Positions 22,752 through 36,431 are shown, counted from the first letter of the stretch. The stretch: DNA of 64,000 nucleotides from Felis catus (GCF_018350175.1 NC_058369.1:23748001-23812000), one strand, 5' to 3'. Made by a program: numbers and translations. The notes: a model not told the origin generated them from the letters alone.

Positions 22752-25267
22752 CCCACATTAAACAGGACAGACAAAATCTGTACCCTCATGAAACCTGTAT
22801 TTTTAGGAGCAAGACAGACAAATAGATACACAAATAAGAGAATGAGGATTTTAAAAAATTTGTGCCTCAAAGGAAATGAACAGGGGTCTGTGACAGGCAT
22901 GTTTAAGATCTGACTATATGACAATCAGAACATATATGTATTTTTTAATATGGAGAGATGCCTACAAATTTCCAGTGTTCAGACCACAATTCTGTATGTG
23001 CAGCTCAACCACATTCTTGCTGCAACACACGCATAAACATAAACACCTGCAAATGCATATACCAGAATATCATTAATAGTTATTTCTGGGCAGTGTTTAA
23101 AATTTTTCTTCCTTGGAATTTTCCTTGTTCTTGGACTTTTTAAACCAAAGAATGTGTAACTGGTATCACAGAAGAATAGAAGGCTGTTCCCATTGCGAAA
23201 AGTCTCGGCTGGGTTCTTGGGGAAGGAACCACCCCTGCGGTTGGTGTGCAGGGGGTAAGGGGTGGCTGCGGGGGTGGGGCGAGTGGGTGATCACCGCAGT
23301 AAGATTCTGCCCCAGGACAAGCGCCCCCAGGGGAGCAGGCTATAAATGTGTGGTGTCTCACAAATATTCCTTCAGACTGTTTTTCTTTGGAATAAAGACA
23401 CCTGCCCGATTATGACTTTCTTCTCCTGCCCTTTCAGTAGTGATTTGCAGAAACTGGCTAGGAGAAAGGGGTCTTTGGTAAACACGGAGGGGTTAAAGGG
23501 GAAACTGTTTAATAACAGTAGTAAAACGCAGGCTATTTTTGACATCTGGGTTAATGTCCATTACGCTCCATGTGCTTTCCAAATGTGTGCTGTGCCCCCA
23601 GGTACAAAAACAGACACCCATTCACGTCGGCTTTGGATGCCCCTGACATTGCACATGGTGCCCACAGAACAGCAAGCCCCTGATAGACTAATTAACAACT
23701 GCCTAAGAGAAGAGCTGCTCCTTCTGGAGGGGAGGCAGGCATCCTGCAGCATAACTTCACTAAGTGATTCTGCTCACAGGAAAACCCAATAGAGTCGTTT
23801 CTGCTTAAAAAAAAAAAAAAAAGAGAGAGAGAGAGAGAGAAATCTATAACTACATCTGTGTTATTACTTAACATCTTTTAAAACTGGGCGGAATGGGTTT
23901 CCCGTTTTCCTCACGAAGATTTATTTATTATTGTTGTGATCAAAGTGGCAACAAATTATGTTAAATCATTTAATTTTCTTGATAGGAGCAACCACCTTGA
24001 AGCCATAATTCAAAAATATGAGTGGAGAGCAACATTTTACCTTGTGAGTGGCCTCCTACAGCTCCACAGGGCAATAAAATGTAACACTTGAGAGCCCAAA
24101 GGGCTGTGGATGGGGGGTGGGGTGGGCCCAGCAAACCGGCGGCTCAGAATTGCAAACTGCTGTTAGGGAGGTGGAGCTTTCTGGCCAGGGCACCTAGAGA
24201 ACTCGGGATTTGGATTTCGACTTCGGTTTCTGTGCACTGGGTGCAACTTACCCACACTGTTTTAAATCAAGGAAATCAGATGAATGGCAGCATACACTGC
24301 TGTCTCCTTAGGATTTATTTCCGTAGTTATTATTGTAGTCATTTATTCATAGCTAATGTTCGGTGCTCGCCATCCGCCACGGTGCTCCGTGCTATTGCAG
24401 AAATTATCTCAGACAAGCTGGAGAGCACCATGGTTCTAATCGGGTTGATCAGCCCCTGACACAGATGAGGAGACTGAGGCTTCCAGGGACTGAATGCTTT
24501 AGGTCAAATTCCCACCTCTCTGGGGCCTGATCTGAACCCACATCTTCTGGCTTCTAGAGCCCATTCTCTTTACTATGATGGCAGAATTTTCTAAATCTTG
24601 ATCTTTTGTGTTCCACCTTCCCAATTTTTGTAATCTCTTCATAAACACCTGTCACAATTAATATTTTTCTTTAAAAGTATTTTCTAAAAACTTAAATTTT
24701 CTTTTTAAGAAAGATTTATTTTTATGTAAGTGCTTGTTTGCCTAACTCTAAAAATTAGGGCCTATGCTCAAAGAAAAAAAAGATTTATTTTAATGCCATA
24801 ATGGAGCCAGTATTTGTCTAACACTCATTATAATAATTGCATAGCTATTAAAATAAAAGTGCCCACGGAACACTAAAGCTATCTTCTTGTGGACATGCAG
24901 GGCCCTGCCTGCCCCCAGCCCTGTCTTGGAGATCATTCCCACTTCCCGGCAGTGGCCTTCAGCAAGTAGCACCTGGAGTGGGTCACTGGGCTTGCACATT
25001 CCCATACTCAGGCCACAAACCGTCCCCAGCACTGCCTCAGTTGACATTTTAGGCCAGGCTGCTATAGCCCAGCTTTTCTCTTCTCAAGGACAGACAGCAG
25101 CAGGAGTGAAAGTCAGAAATCTGCCACTCAATATCAGCGTCAGGTACTCTGTGTAATTCTTAAAACACTGGTTGAAAAGAAACGTGCTTTTAGTTGTAAG
25201 TTTTCTTGAGATAATAGTTTCTTTAGCCTGAGAGACTGTCCAGAGGCCAAAGGCCCTTGCCACTCAA

Positions 25268-25485
25268 CCCCAGGATTTCTTGATTTGATGCTGTGGACAC
25301 TCGGGGCTGGGTCACTCATTGTTGTGGGGATGCTCACCGTTATAGGATGCGTAGCAACATCCCTGGCCTCTGCCCACTAGATGCCAGTAGCATCACCCAC
25401 TCTCCTGGCCATGACAATCAAAAATGTCTCCCAATATTGCCAAATATCATCTAGGGGGCAAATCCCCCTACTTGAGAATCGCTGG
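25268..25485. mobile_element. MER20 DNA transposon
   Basis: agcaacatccctggcctctgcccactagatgccagtagc..gacaatcaaaaatgtctcc..ggggcaaa..ttgagaatcgctg. Confidence 0.85.
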
Positions 25486-25510
25486 CCTAATCTGCTGTTT
25501 TTGTATTTAA

Positions 25511-25725
25511 AAATTTTAAAAATGTTTTCTTTATTTTGAGAGAGACAGAGACAGAATGCGAGTGGGTTAGGGGCAGAGAGAGAGAGGGAGACACAGAATC
25601 TGAAACAGGCTCCAGGCTCTGAGCTGTCAGCACAGAGCCCAACGCGGGGCTCGAACCCACGAACCGTGAGATCATGACCTGAGCTGAAGTCCGACACTCA
25701 ACTGACTGAGCCACCCAGGCACCCC
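25511..25725 (-). mobile_element. CanSINE (SINEC_Fc-type)
   Basis: Reverse SINEC with TSD tg(c/t)tgtttttgtatttaaa at 25492-25510 and 25726-25744. Confidence 0.95.
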
Positions 25726-28700
25726 TGTTGTTTTTGTATTTAAATGGTTGACTGTGCCGTTTTAAATATCATATTTTTGTTAAAGTACGTATTGCATACC
25801 TGCATCTACCAAGCTATATAAGGCATGAACAATTTCGCAGAAATAAACATCTATTCTAAGCTGCCATCATATTATTTCGGACACGGCTGCATAGATTTAA
25901 AAGTCCTGTGGAAATAGGTACAACCCAAGTAATAAAAATAATGAAAATGTACAACTTCTCTGACATAGAGTAGAAATGCCACAATCCTGAGATAGCAAGA
26001 CACCTAAGACACTTGCTGAGCTAAGTGAAAAGGTAAAATCTAGTTTAAATTTATAGCATTCTTCCAGTGTCCCTCTAGGAGTTTGGCATTTTGCCAGGGC
26101 TCCTTGTTAAAAATTTGTTAAACGTGTTTGGCATTAATGCAAACACAAAGTGGTCATTTGTTACAAATTCTATTGGAATGCATTCATTTAAGGCAATGAA
26201 GTAGTTACTAGAGAAGAAAAAAAATGTTCATTAAGTACATTTTAAAACTACAATGATGTATGCAGTGTGTGACTCTGGCGCCCTGGTGGCTGTATAAACC
26301 GCTGACAGAATAACCACACATTGTGTTTAGTTTGAAATTGGAATCTTTTAAACATAAGTGATAGAACAAAAACTGGTTTTGTTTGTTGTCAAAACCGATG
26401 TTAGTCTTTCTTTTCTGAACTAGTTAGAATAACCAGAAGTTTGGCATGCAATGTCTAACATCTCAAATCAGTGAAACGTATAGGTTAAAATAATGCTTTG
26501 GGAATCTTCGGGGGCGCTGAGAGTGACGCTGGAGACAGGGACCGTTTCAACAAACAGAACACCCGTGCCCCGGAGAGAGGGGGAAATGCCCGAGTCGCCC
26601 CGGAGAACCCCCACGCAGCGAGGGCCACTACCACCGCTCCTGATGGTTGTCTGAGGTTATTAGGTTACCTGGAGGGGAAAAACCGTCCGCTTTCATCACG
26701 GAGACGATGGAATCCTATGAGCAAACATCCTAAGCCTTGTGTATAGAACTTCCACCCTGAACTGTTCTCACAAAGGAATTATTGCTGAGTAATGGTGACT
26801 CCCTAGCTCCCCGACGAAACGGTTCTGGAGCTCCGCTTTGGGAGACAGAGGGGCCATTTGTCGTGACATGACGTTTGGGCCCTGCAACATAGCTCCTTGT
26901 GGATGTTAGCATAGACCATACCGTCTCACAGTCCCTAAATGCTTGCTAAAGCTGGTCCTGAAGGTGAATAGGAAACTCACACTTCACAGGAGTATTCACA
27001 CATTATTCACTGCTTTTTCCTTCTCTCTCTCTCAGTCTGACATATTTATTGCCATGGAAGTGTCCATAGAATAGAATCGAATTCCAGTGGTTTGGAGAGT
27101 CACAAGCCCAAATCCCCAGGTCCCCCAAATCTCCCTTTAGGTTGGCCTCTTTTGCCATCTGAGTTGGGTATTATCCAGTCTGCCCTTGACACGGATCCAG
27201 GGTACCTCGGCCCCAAGTTCTTGAAACATTCCTAGATCAAGCATAAACTTAGACAAAACCTAGCATTCTGCACGCGGCCTAAGAAGTTTGCCTTTCTCTT
27301 CACAAGTGCCCCAAAGGACCAAGAATGAGTAAGTCTAAGAGCAGGGAGAAAATACTTCCAGAAGTAACAAGAGTACATGATACAAAAGATAAAGAAACAC
27401 ATTCCAGGTACTATCCCAGAGCACATTTGGTTCTATCCCCTTCGGTGGGCCCTCTTATAGACAAAGAATAGACAAACAGTTGACTCGTCCACATCATTAG
27501 GGCCTCTCTGAGGGTCTTGGACAAAGTCTGCGCACTCGAGGGGGCCCAAAGCTTCAGCCCCATTAGCTTCACGATAAATTCCTCGGCCTGCCATTACAGT
27601 TTATTTTTGAGATGGTATTTTCAAATTCAATTGAGGATAAAGTAAAACATGTTTTTGAATCCCTTCCTGACAAGAACTCAGTTTTAGTGTGAGCTTGCCA
27701 CAGCATAGAGCAGCGACAGGGAAACATCTCTCTAGCCCGGTGCTAAGAAAGCAGTCATGTGCACCCTCCTAGAGAGAGGAGCCGGCAAGGCATTTTGCAG
27801 AATTTGAAACATGAAGGAACAATTTGATATCTCCAGTCTGCCGACCAGAAGTGGCTCAGATGACAAGTGTTTACAACAGGATCTTCATAGAGCCAATAAT
27901 GGCAATTAGTCCCCAGAACTGGAAGGCGCCCTTCCCGCCTCACTGAGGTAGAATGCCATTTACTCTTGGGCTGGCGACTAATTAGGGGTCTCTTTTGAAG
28001 ATCAAGGTTTTGTGATCCCTGCTTCTTAATAACATGGTTTGCCTGTCGGCCACCTGGGTCCAGGCGAGACCTCCCTTTTCCCCCCTCCCCAAACAGCAGG
28101 CACTGCCTTAGGCCAGGAGCAAGTGTGGGCAGGAAAACACAGATCCAGCCTGTTGAGCGATTTAACCTCTTCACCACCAAGGTCCTGTAGCCCGGTGCTC
28201 GACTGGGCTGCTTAGAATTGGAGACAGTGGACTTCGTTTTGCAGACAGGGCGGAAAGCCTGAGTGTAATGCGAGGAACCCCCCTTCGTGGTGCACGCTCT
28301 GTGCAGCATGCTTTCTTGTGCAGGAAGAGAGGCAGGAAGACTCCACTTTTCCAAATGAGTGGCAAATCAAGAGGCCCTTTGCATCTGCTTCAGGCTGGGC
28401 TATTTCCAGAACGGATTTTAGAAGTGACTGGAATAAAGAAGGCTGGAGGTCGAGGGGAAGGACGGTCAAGTACACCTCCTGGAGCTCTAATCCCACCGGT
28501 CATCAGGCCCAAGAGGCTGAGATGCCTGCATCTACAGAGCTCTTGCGAGGGTCCCCAAGGCCTGGCTACATGACGCTGGGCTGGCTGCTGCGCTCTTTAG
28601 TTAGTGCCGGAGAGGCCAAAACAGCAGGAAAAGTAAGCTGCAAAGAATTAAACTTGTAACAACTTGGGCAAAGCACAAACAGCAAGCGAGGCTGGTCCTT

Positions 28701-29337
28701 GGGCTGTTGACACACTCTGGCCTGGGTCGGCTGTGGTCACTAAACCCATTAGCGTTCCGATGTGGCAACAGCTAATGCAGCAAGTTCAATGTGTTTTTGT
28801 TTCATTTCTAAATGCTGGTTGCACGCCGGCAACGATGGCCGCTGAAGGCAGTCAACCCCACTGCCATAAACACAGTCATCATTGTCGGTGATCTGAAATT
28901 CATATTTTAAACTATTTATTTTTGGCAGATAGGGGCTGAATGGAGTTTTGCATTTGATTAACTGTGCTTTAATTTCAGCTTGCTTCAAACTTTTCTGTGT
29001 TTTCTAAGCAGCTGCCAAATCAGAGTTTCCTGCAACAAAAGGTACTGGCCTTCTTGGGGGTGGGGAAGACCACTTTGGTATGTGGAAAGGGAAAAAGGAA
29101 ATGTAGGAACACAAGCCAGCAACCAGCTGAGTGAAGGCAGGCCTTTTAGAGATATTCAGGGTCTCTGAGCCCTCTGAGCCCTAATCCACACCCACCTGTA
29201 AATAGGGGAATAGGAAAAAAGTGACCTCAATTTGGTCTGAGAGTTGAAAGGGATATGGGGTCTTAAATGAGACTCAAAGGCAGATTCAGCTTGCATTTGA
29301 TATTGTCTTCAAGTTATGCTTATGAAAAGTAAGAGAA

Positions 29338-29545
29338 TCCTTTCTTCCCTTCATTCCTCTCTTCCTCCCTCCCTCCCTCCCTTCCTTCCTTCCTTCCTTC
29401 CTTCCTTCCTCCCTCCCTCCCTCCCTCCCTCCCTCCCTTCCTTCCTTCCTGCCTGCCTTCCTTCCTTCCTTTCTTCCTTTTCTTCCTTCTTCTCCTTGTC
29501 TCCTTTTTTCCTTCCCTCCTCCCCTCCCTCCCACTCTCCCTCCCA
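29338..29545. repeat. Compound (CCTT)n/(CCCT)n polypyrimidine tract
   Basis: Directly visible ~200 bp, almost purely pyrimidine on the plus strand. Confidence 0.95.
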
Positions 29546-32500
29546 CAATTTTTAACGCATCTATCAGGAACCAAGCTAAGTCCTGGGGACATGTGGCTGA
29601 ATGAGACAGACACTGACTTCATGGAAGGCACATCTAGTGAGCATATCAGACATTACATTCCACAAGTAATTAAAATGAGCATATGATTTACTAATTAAAA
29701 TTTCCGTAAGTACAAAGGAGGAGAATGATGCCCCCAAATTCACTGAGCACAGACATTTTGCTTTACGCCATCCAGTCCTGACATGCTGAAGGGGTTGCTG
29801 TTATTAACCCATTACACTGCTCCAGAAACAGGAGCAGAGACTAAAGTTGCATGCTAAACATCACAGCTAGGGGGGGCCCACAGATAGGTGGGGCCATGGT
29901 GTAATCTTGCACACCGGGACATCAAAACCCAACTTGCAGGAGCACATCGGGGCCCTGACCTGCTGTGGCAGGAGGGCTGAAAACGCCTTCCAAGGAAGTA
30001 ACCTCTCTGGCGGTTACATGCGCTTACTGGAAGGGAATGGCTCCTTCTTCTCCTTCTTCCTCGTCTTCTTTCTCACTGTGCTAATAGAAAAGTAAGTCCA
30101 TGCATTTCTGTGCATTCCTAGGGTTTTGTCCAGACTCTCTGTCCTTTCAAATAGATTTTCTGTTGGTGCTTTTTGTCTCACAACAAGGGCTCACCTACAG
30201 GCTCCTTCAAAAGCCTCCACTGCAGCGTATCAAGGTCCATACTTCCTCCTTCCCCTCCAAGAGTTTGCTTCCCGGCCTTCCAGCTTCACAGCATTGGGGA
30301 TGATTAATCACTTTTAAATATGAAAAAAATTAACATGTCTGAAGCATTCTTCTCCACTGTCAAATGTTTTGTTTTAACATAGATCCAGAATGGCTCCCTT
30401 TCCCAGTGGTGCCAAAGCAATACATTTTCAGTTGGAAATTCAACTGCAGAAATCCCATCCAGAAGCCCCAAGCCATATATCTTAACATCTTAATTTCATT
30501 TAGGAGGAATGCAATGATTGATCATTTATCATTCTGAGATTGAGTGAACTATCTGGGGGATTCCAATCTATTGCTTCTACACAACTGATGGGATATTCAC
30601 ATGTCTTCTGGCTGCACGAGGGCTTTGGGGTCCAAGTGGTCTTTGAAGGAGTGGAATGCTAAAAAGATTATTGAGGGAGGGTCTGCCTTTACCGGCAAAG
30701 TATAACTCCAAGGCTTTACTTGCTCCAAATTAGAGCCTCCCTCAGTGATGGCCAGGATGTCTGCTGCTGAATTACTCCCTCTCCTCCACCCCCACACAGG
30801 GGATCTTGCCTTCCTGACCTTATCCTTTGATAGGTAACTTTGAAAGGCCTGGGGAAAACCTTCACATGAAATCCATTGGAATTGGTGGGACTTGACTTCT
30901 TATCCATGAGATTTCTATTTAACCTAAGCTGCTTTGTCACAAAGGAATTTTTACTGCAGTATAAACAAAATGGCACCTTCCTGGGACATCTGGGCCAGGC
31001 CACTGGCATCATAGCTACCATTTTGGTTTCCACTCAGGATATCATTATAATCTCTTCATGTTGAGTAGAGATGCTTGGTCCACAGGAAAATGGCCAGAAC
31101 GTTATAGAACGGTATTTCTGGAGGGTCTATAGTACCGCTGATCTTGTGCTAGATGTATGGGTGGGAGCAGGCAATGAAAACATGGTCCTTAAGTCCAAAT
31201 ATGTGTTCTATAATGGTGGGTCCCAACTCAGAACCCACTATGAGTTTCACACGGTATAGGTTTTAAGCAACACGTAGAGAACAAGATGCCTCCAAAATTG
31301 CAATCCATCTCTGCAAACACACACGTGCAGGGTTTGCTCAGGAAGCCCATTGCTCAATGGACCACCTTCAAAGGAAATGATGATGTCTCCCACAAAGAAG
31401 AACAACATAGAAGGAGGAGCTAGAAGGAAGCAGGGGCTATTTCTGAGGAAATCCCAGGTCGGTCACATTTGCACAGCACTTAAAAGGAGACACACTCCCA
31501 GGCCTGAATTTACATTTTAAAGTGGCCGTCTGCTCTTACAGGCCCAGGGCTGCAGCCTTCAGTGTTCCTTCCCCTGCAGCTCCTGCTCAGGGATTAAGTG
31601 AACTCTGTAATGTCACTGGGGCTGATGGCCTCTGAGGGTGATTGAGAAATAGTTAACCACGGGCCCCTCAGGCAGACCCATTCTCTCATCTGTCATGAGG
31701 CTTCTGGCTACCACAAATGTTTCCAACTTAGATGTGGAGGTGCCCTGAGAGGGGATTCCTGTGCTGCTTTTGTTGCTGGTCACTTTGAAGACTGAAGAGG
31801 GGAAAAACGCATTCTCATAATTTAGGAACTGGCTGGAAGTTTGCCTATTAAATCCTAAGGTCCTGCCAGGCAGAGACTGGGTTTAATTCTTCCAAGACAG
31901 GCCTGGCAGCCGAGGGAGGGAGGGCTAGGAAATGACTGGAGGGAGAACTAGGCCAGAGATTAAGGAGCTGGGGCATTAACAAGTGGCCACCTGATGGATG
32001 ACACCAGTGGCATCTTTGGAGCCGTTTCCAAAGACCGGTACAGTACATCTCCAAACCACTCCAGCAGTCCCTGTGTGCCCCGGGGGTATGCCAGAGGCCT
32101 TGGCTTTGCCGCAGAGAACTGCCTTGGGATCCAGTCCCATGTGATGCCGCAAACCTCTGCAAAGGCACACACAATTCCCAACTGGCAGTGCGGAGAGTCC
32201 CATGCACAAGGAGGCACACAGCTGGGTCCCCCTTCAGGGCCTTTGCACACACAGTTCCCTCCTCCTGGAGCACCGACCCATCGCACCTTGCTGCCTTCTG
32301 CTTGTCCTTAAATGTCTGCTGAAATTCCACTTCTTCAGGGGGGCCTTCCCTGACTACTGTTTCTGGTCAAATCCCCCCCTGACAAACACGCCCTTAGCAC
32401 TCCGTCCTCCGCCCCAGCGTGCTCCTGCTCGGAATGACCCTGCATCAGCACTGATGCCAGCATCTGACTGATGTCAGCCTCCTCTGCCTCCGCGAGGGCA

Positions 32501-32662
32501 GGCTGTGTATGTCTTGCTCACTGCTGTATTTTGTATATGCCTGCTACATGGTGGGTGTTCAATAAATATTTAAGTGGATTAAGGGGAGAGGGAAAGCTGT
32601 CGATGATAACAAACATGGATCGAATGCTTCCATGTGCCAGGAATATTCCTAACTGCTTTACA

Positions 32663-32892
32663 GCAGGGGTTTTCCAGTTTGGCACTACTGGCATTTTGGA
32701 TCAGATGACTCTGTGTTGTGGGGGCCATCCTGTGCTTTGTAGGACGTCTAGCAGCATCCTGGGCCCCCACCCGCTAGATGCCAGTGGCATATGCACCCCT
32801 CCCCAAGTCACGACAATCAAAAATGTTTCCAGACTTTCCAGACACCTCCAGGGAGGGCAACCCCACCCTTGGTCCCTGTTGAGAATAACCGA
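32663..32892. mobile_element. MER20 DNA transposon
   Basis: ggcactactggcattttgga..agcagcatcct..ccgctagatgccagtggca..gacaatcaaaaatgtttccagac..gttgagaa. Confidence 0.85.
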
Positions 32893-34904
32893 TGTACACA
32901 CACTAACCCACTTAATGTGCATAATCACCCCAGGAACTGGGAACTATTCTTTTCCTCGTGTCACAGTTAAGAAAACTGAGGCCCAGAGTGGCTAAGTGAC
33001 TCGCCCTTAATCCCATCACTAGCAGGAAGCTAAGCCAGGATTCAGGCGGTTCAGTTTCTCAATGTGAAGAGGTGCTGGAATTAAAACGGGCTGGCTCAAG
33101 GCCACCCAGGTAAATAGGTGGCCCATGTGGGACTGAGACCTGGCCTCTCTCATCTTCACCCAGTGAGCTTCCTGGCCATGACCCTGGGCTGCATTTTCAG
33201 ACTGTCCCAAACCAGGGCCCTTTACTGGGGCTGGGCTGGGTTTCTGGAAGGACTCCGTACAGATCAGAAGTGACTGCACTCTTCTCTTCACTGAAGCTTC
33301 CCTTTCCTGGGTCAGTGGCCAGTGATACCCAAGACCCTCTGGAAACAAGGCTGTCAGAAACTAGCCGGATGAGGTCAAGTGCACTGCACTCTTAGGCATG
33401 CAGGAGGGCTCAGTGCAATGTTACAGGGAAGCCAAGACTCAGATCCGGATTTGCCTGCATCTCAGCATGGTGGGTCCATAAGGCCCACACTGCAGTTCGG
33501 TCAAACTTGGAAGCAATCCAAATTTGGGGACCATCTACCTTTCCGACCCTGCTCAAGTGACTCTATTTGTGGACCCTTGGTCTGTCATCCAGGGATGGAT
33601 AAGAGGGATGGCACTATTCACCTCAGAGGGTCACCATGAACCAGGGCCTAACAGAAGCTCTACACATGTGAAAGACCTATCACTTCTTCCCCTTTCTAGT
33701 TTGGCTGCCCTCAGGCAAATCACTTGACCTCTCTGAGCCTCAGTTCTTTTCATCTACAAGGCGATGATAATAATTCTACCTTCTCCAGGTGGTTAAGAGT
33801 ATAAAATGAGTTTTCTTATAAAGCCCCCAGACTAGTCCCTGACATGTAATAGGTGTCCAATTACCAGTACTGCTTCTCACCTCCTCCTCTACACTAACCC
33901 ATACAGAGTAGAGAGATGGGCATCAGGACCAGCTTGATCCAGAGTTCAAAAGTTCCAGTGTGGGATATTCATGCCTAGGTTATTCATGGGCTGGGCCAGG
34001 GCCTGGTCATCTTCATGAAAGGAAGGAGGCAGAACAAAGAGGGAGCATATCGCAAGGGCCCGGAAGGAAAAGAGGTAGAAGGAACCCAGAGCTTTCCTCA
34101 AACTACAAATTCCACGCCTCCCACCTGTGGCACCCCGGGCGGCCAGCCTCACTGGCAGCCCTACCCTTTCTCCTTGGGCCCTTCCTGTTGGCACAGCCGG
34201 CATGCTTTACAAAGCTTCGGTATGGCTTTTTCCATGACTCCAGCTGTGAGATAAACTTTCAAGGGTATTTCTGTGGCAGGTACAAACCTGGACAGGAAGC
34301 CTCAGGAAGAAATCCTAAATTAATTATATGTCAACATTTAAGCCACAAGAAGGAGCAGTTGTCATAAATTTTTGGGAGGTTAGAATCCAATTTTAGTTGC
34401 AAATGCGAGCAAGCTCACTGACTCACTTGTGAACTGGTGCCAACAAAATGATATATTTCACATTCTTTCACAGCTTGTTTTGGCTAAACACAATGAAGAA
34501 AAGGGGAGTGGATTACAGTTTTTATTCTTCACTGGGCAGATATGGTCAATCATGCAAAAGAACTGTATTACACATGTGCCAAAGCAGAAGAAATTAGCTC
34601 AGTTTACCCACTTTTTCTGCCGCCTCCCACCCTCACTGAAAAAGGAAGTGAGACTGAAAATTCAAAAGAAGGTCTTAGGCACTATGGTCACCTTTAGTAT
34701 GGCCCAAGGCTGGACATCCTGACAACGAAGCAAGATTCTCCCAGGAGTCTTGCCCAATTTCTTAAGTCCTGACCGCACCCTGGTATATAATAATGGCTTC
34801 TGAAACATCATTTCTCTGAGCACTGGTCACTGGTTGAAGTTGGTGTCAGGCAGTCACTGGGAGAAAAGGCAGAAAAGTCTCTAGTTTTCATGAGATTAAG
34901 AAGG

Positions 34905-35050
34905 TGGGAGCTTCCAGGTGGGCGATGACGTAAAGATTTGGGGAGAGTGGTGTGTCTGGAGAGGGCATGGGAGCACCGAGCCTTTTCCTTATACCTAGCT
35001 GTACACATCTCTTCCATCTGGCTGTTTTTGAGTTATTTCCTTTTATCATA
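34905..35050 (+). mobile_element. MER21-like LTR fragment
   Basis: gagcttccaggtggg..ggagagggcatggga..catctcttccatctggctgtt. Confidence 0.55.
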
Positions 35051-35702
35051 CCCTGGTCGTCTACTCTGAGAAGCCGAAGGAAGAGGAGGAGGAAGAGGAG
35101 GAGGAAGCGGCCGCCAGGCTACTTGTCACTGGTTTTACTTTCTGCTGACTTTCTCATCCATTCGTTCCATCGATTATTCAAGAAGCATTTATTTCTGCTG
35201 AGCTAGGACTGGGGATAGGATACAGTGAGGAGTAAGACACAGACACTGATCTTAAAATCTGACAGCCAAGGCAGAGCCACAGGTAAGGAGACAACGGCAA
35301 TACAACGTGATGTGCGAGCTAACACGGGGGGACAGGAGGGGTGCCAAGGGAGCCCTGGAAGGACCCGTACAGTCTCAAAAAGGGTCCACAGGGAACCCTG
35401 TACGGGATGACCTCCAGGGTGAGACATGAGAAGTAATAAGTAGGAGGAAGTCAGAGAAAGAGGATAGAAAGGGACTTTCTGATGACAGCAGAAGGATATG
35501 TAAAGGCCTAGTATAAAGCCAGACTAAGGTCCACTCAGACTTGCAAAGCACCAAGGACAGCTGAACACAGAATGTGAGGGGAGAAGGGGTGGATACAGGG
35601 TAGTGAGGAAAGCAGGGCCAACCACACAGGACACTGGGCTACATTGAGGAGATGGGATGCTTCTCTGAGGGCAGTGGGATAAAGGACAAACAGCCCCATG
35701 AG

Positions 35703-36431
35703 TATGGTGTGGGTGCAACTGTGTCCTCTAAAAGGATATGTTCAAGTTGTAACCCCTAGTACCAGTGGGTGTGACCTTATTTAGTAATAGAGTCATTGAA
35801 GAAGTAATCAAATTAAATTGAGGTTATACTGGACTAGGGTGGGCCTTAGTCCAGTGATGGGTGTCTTTAGAAGAAGATGGAAATGTGGACACAGAGACAC
35901 AGAAAACACACATAGAGAGAAGACCATGTGAGGATGGAGGCAGGGATTGGAAAGATGCATCTACAAATTAAAGAACACCAAAGATCACCAGCAACCACCA
36001 GAAGCCAGGAAGAGACAAGGAAGGATCCTCCCCTAGAGCCTTCAAAAAGAGCATGGTCGTGCCAACACCTTGATTTTGGACTTCTAGACACTTTTCTTTT
36101 TTAAAAAATGTTTATTTTTGAGAGAGAGAGAGAGAGAGAGAGTGTGTGTGTGCAGATAGAGCATGAGCAGGGCAGGGGTAGAGAGAGAGGGAGACACAGA
36201 ATCTGAAGCAGGCTCCAGGTTCTGAGTAGTCAGCACAGAGCCTGACACGGGGCTCGAACCCATGAACTGGATGGAGATCATGACGTGAGCCAAAGTCGGA
36301 TACTTAACCGACTGAACCACCCAGGTACTCCTGGACTTCTAGATTCTTCCACTGTGAGAGAATATGTTTCTGTTGTCTTAAGCCAGCCAATCCATGGCAC
36401 TTTGTTACAGCAGCTCTAGCAAACTAATGCA
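35703..36431 (+). mobile_element. MLT1 (B/C-like) MaLR LTR split by a CanSINE
   Basis: aaggatatgttcaagttgtaacccctagtacc..aaggatcctcccctagagccttca..tttgttacagcagctctagcaaactaatgca. Confidence 0.85.
36089..36331 (-). mobile_element. CanSINE (SINEC_Fc-type) nested in MLT1
   Basis: Reverse SINEC; TSD tggacttctaga at 36077-36088 and 36332-36343. Confidence 0.95.

Noticed and set aside
26276..26290. CTCF-like motif (reverse complement gccaccagggcgcca)
   Set aside because: It mismatches the central G run of the core consensus and cannot be supported without ChIP data.
27755..28354. Longest ORFs in the window (199 aa here; 197 aa at 54302..54895; 174 aa at 32471..32995)
   Set aside because: No domain similarity or coherent splice structure; the 32471 ORF is L2/MIR/MER20 sequence. 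Such lengths occur by chance in GC-richer intron.
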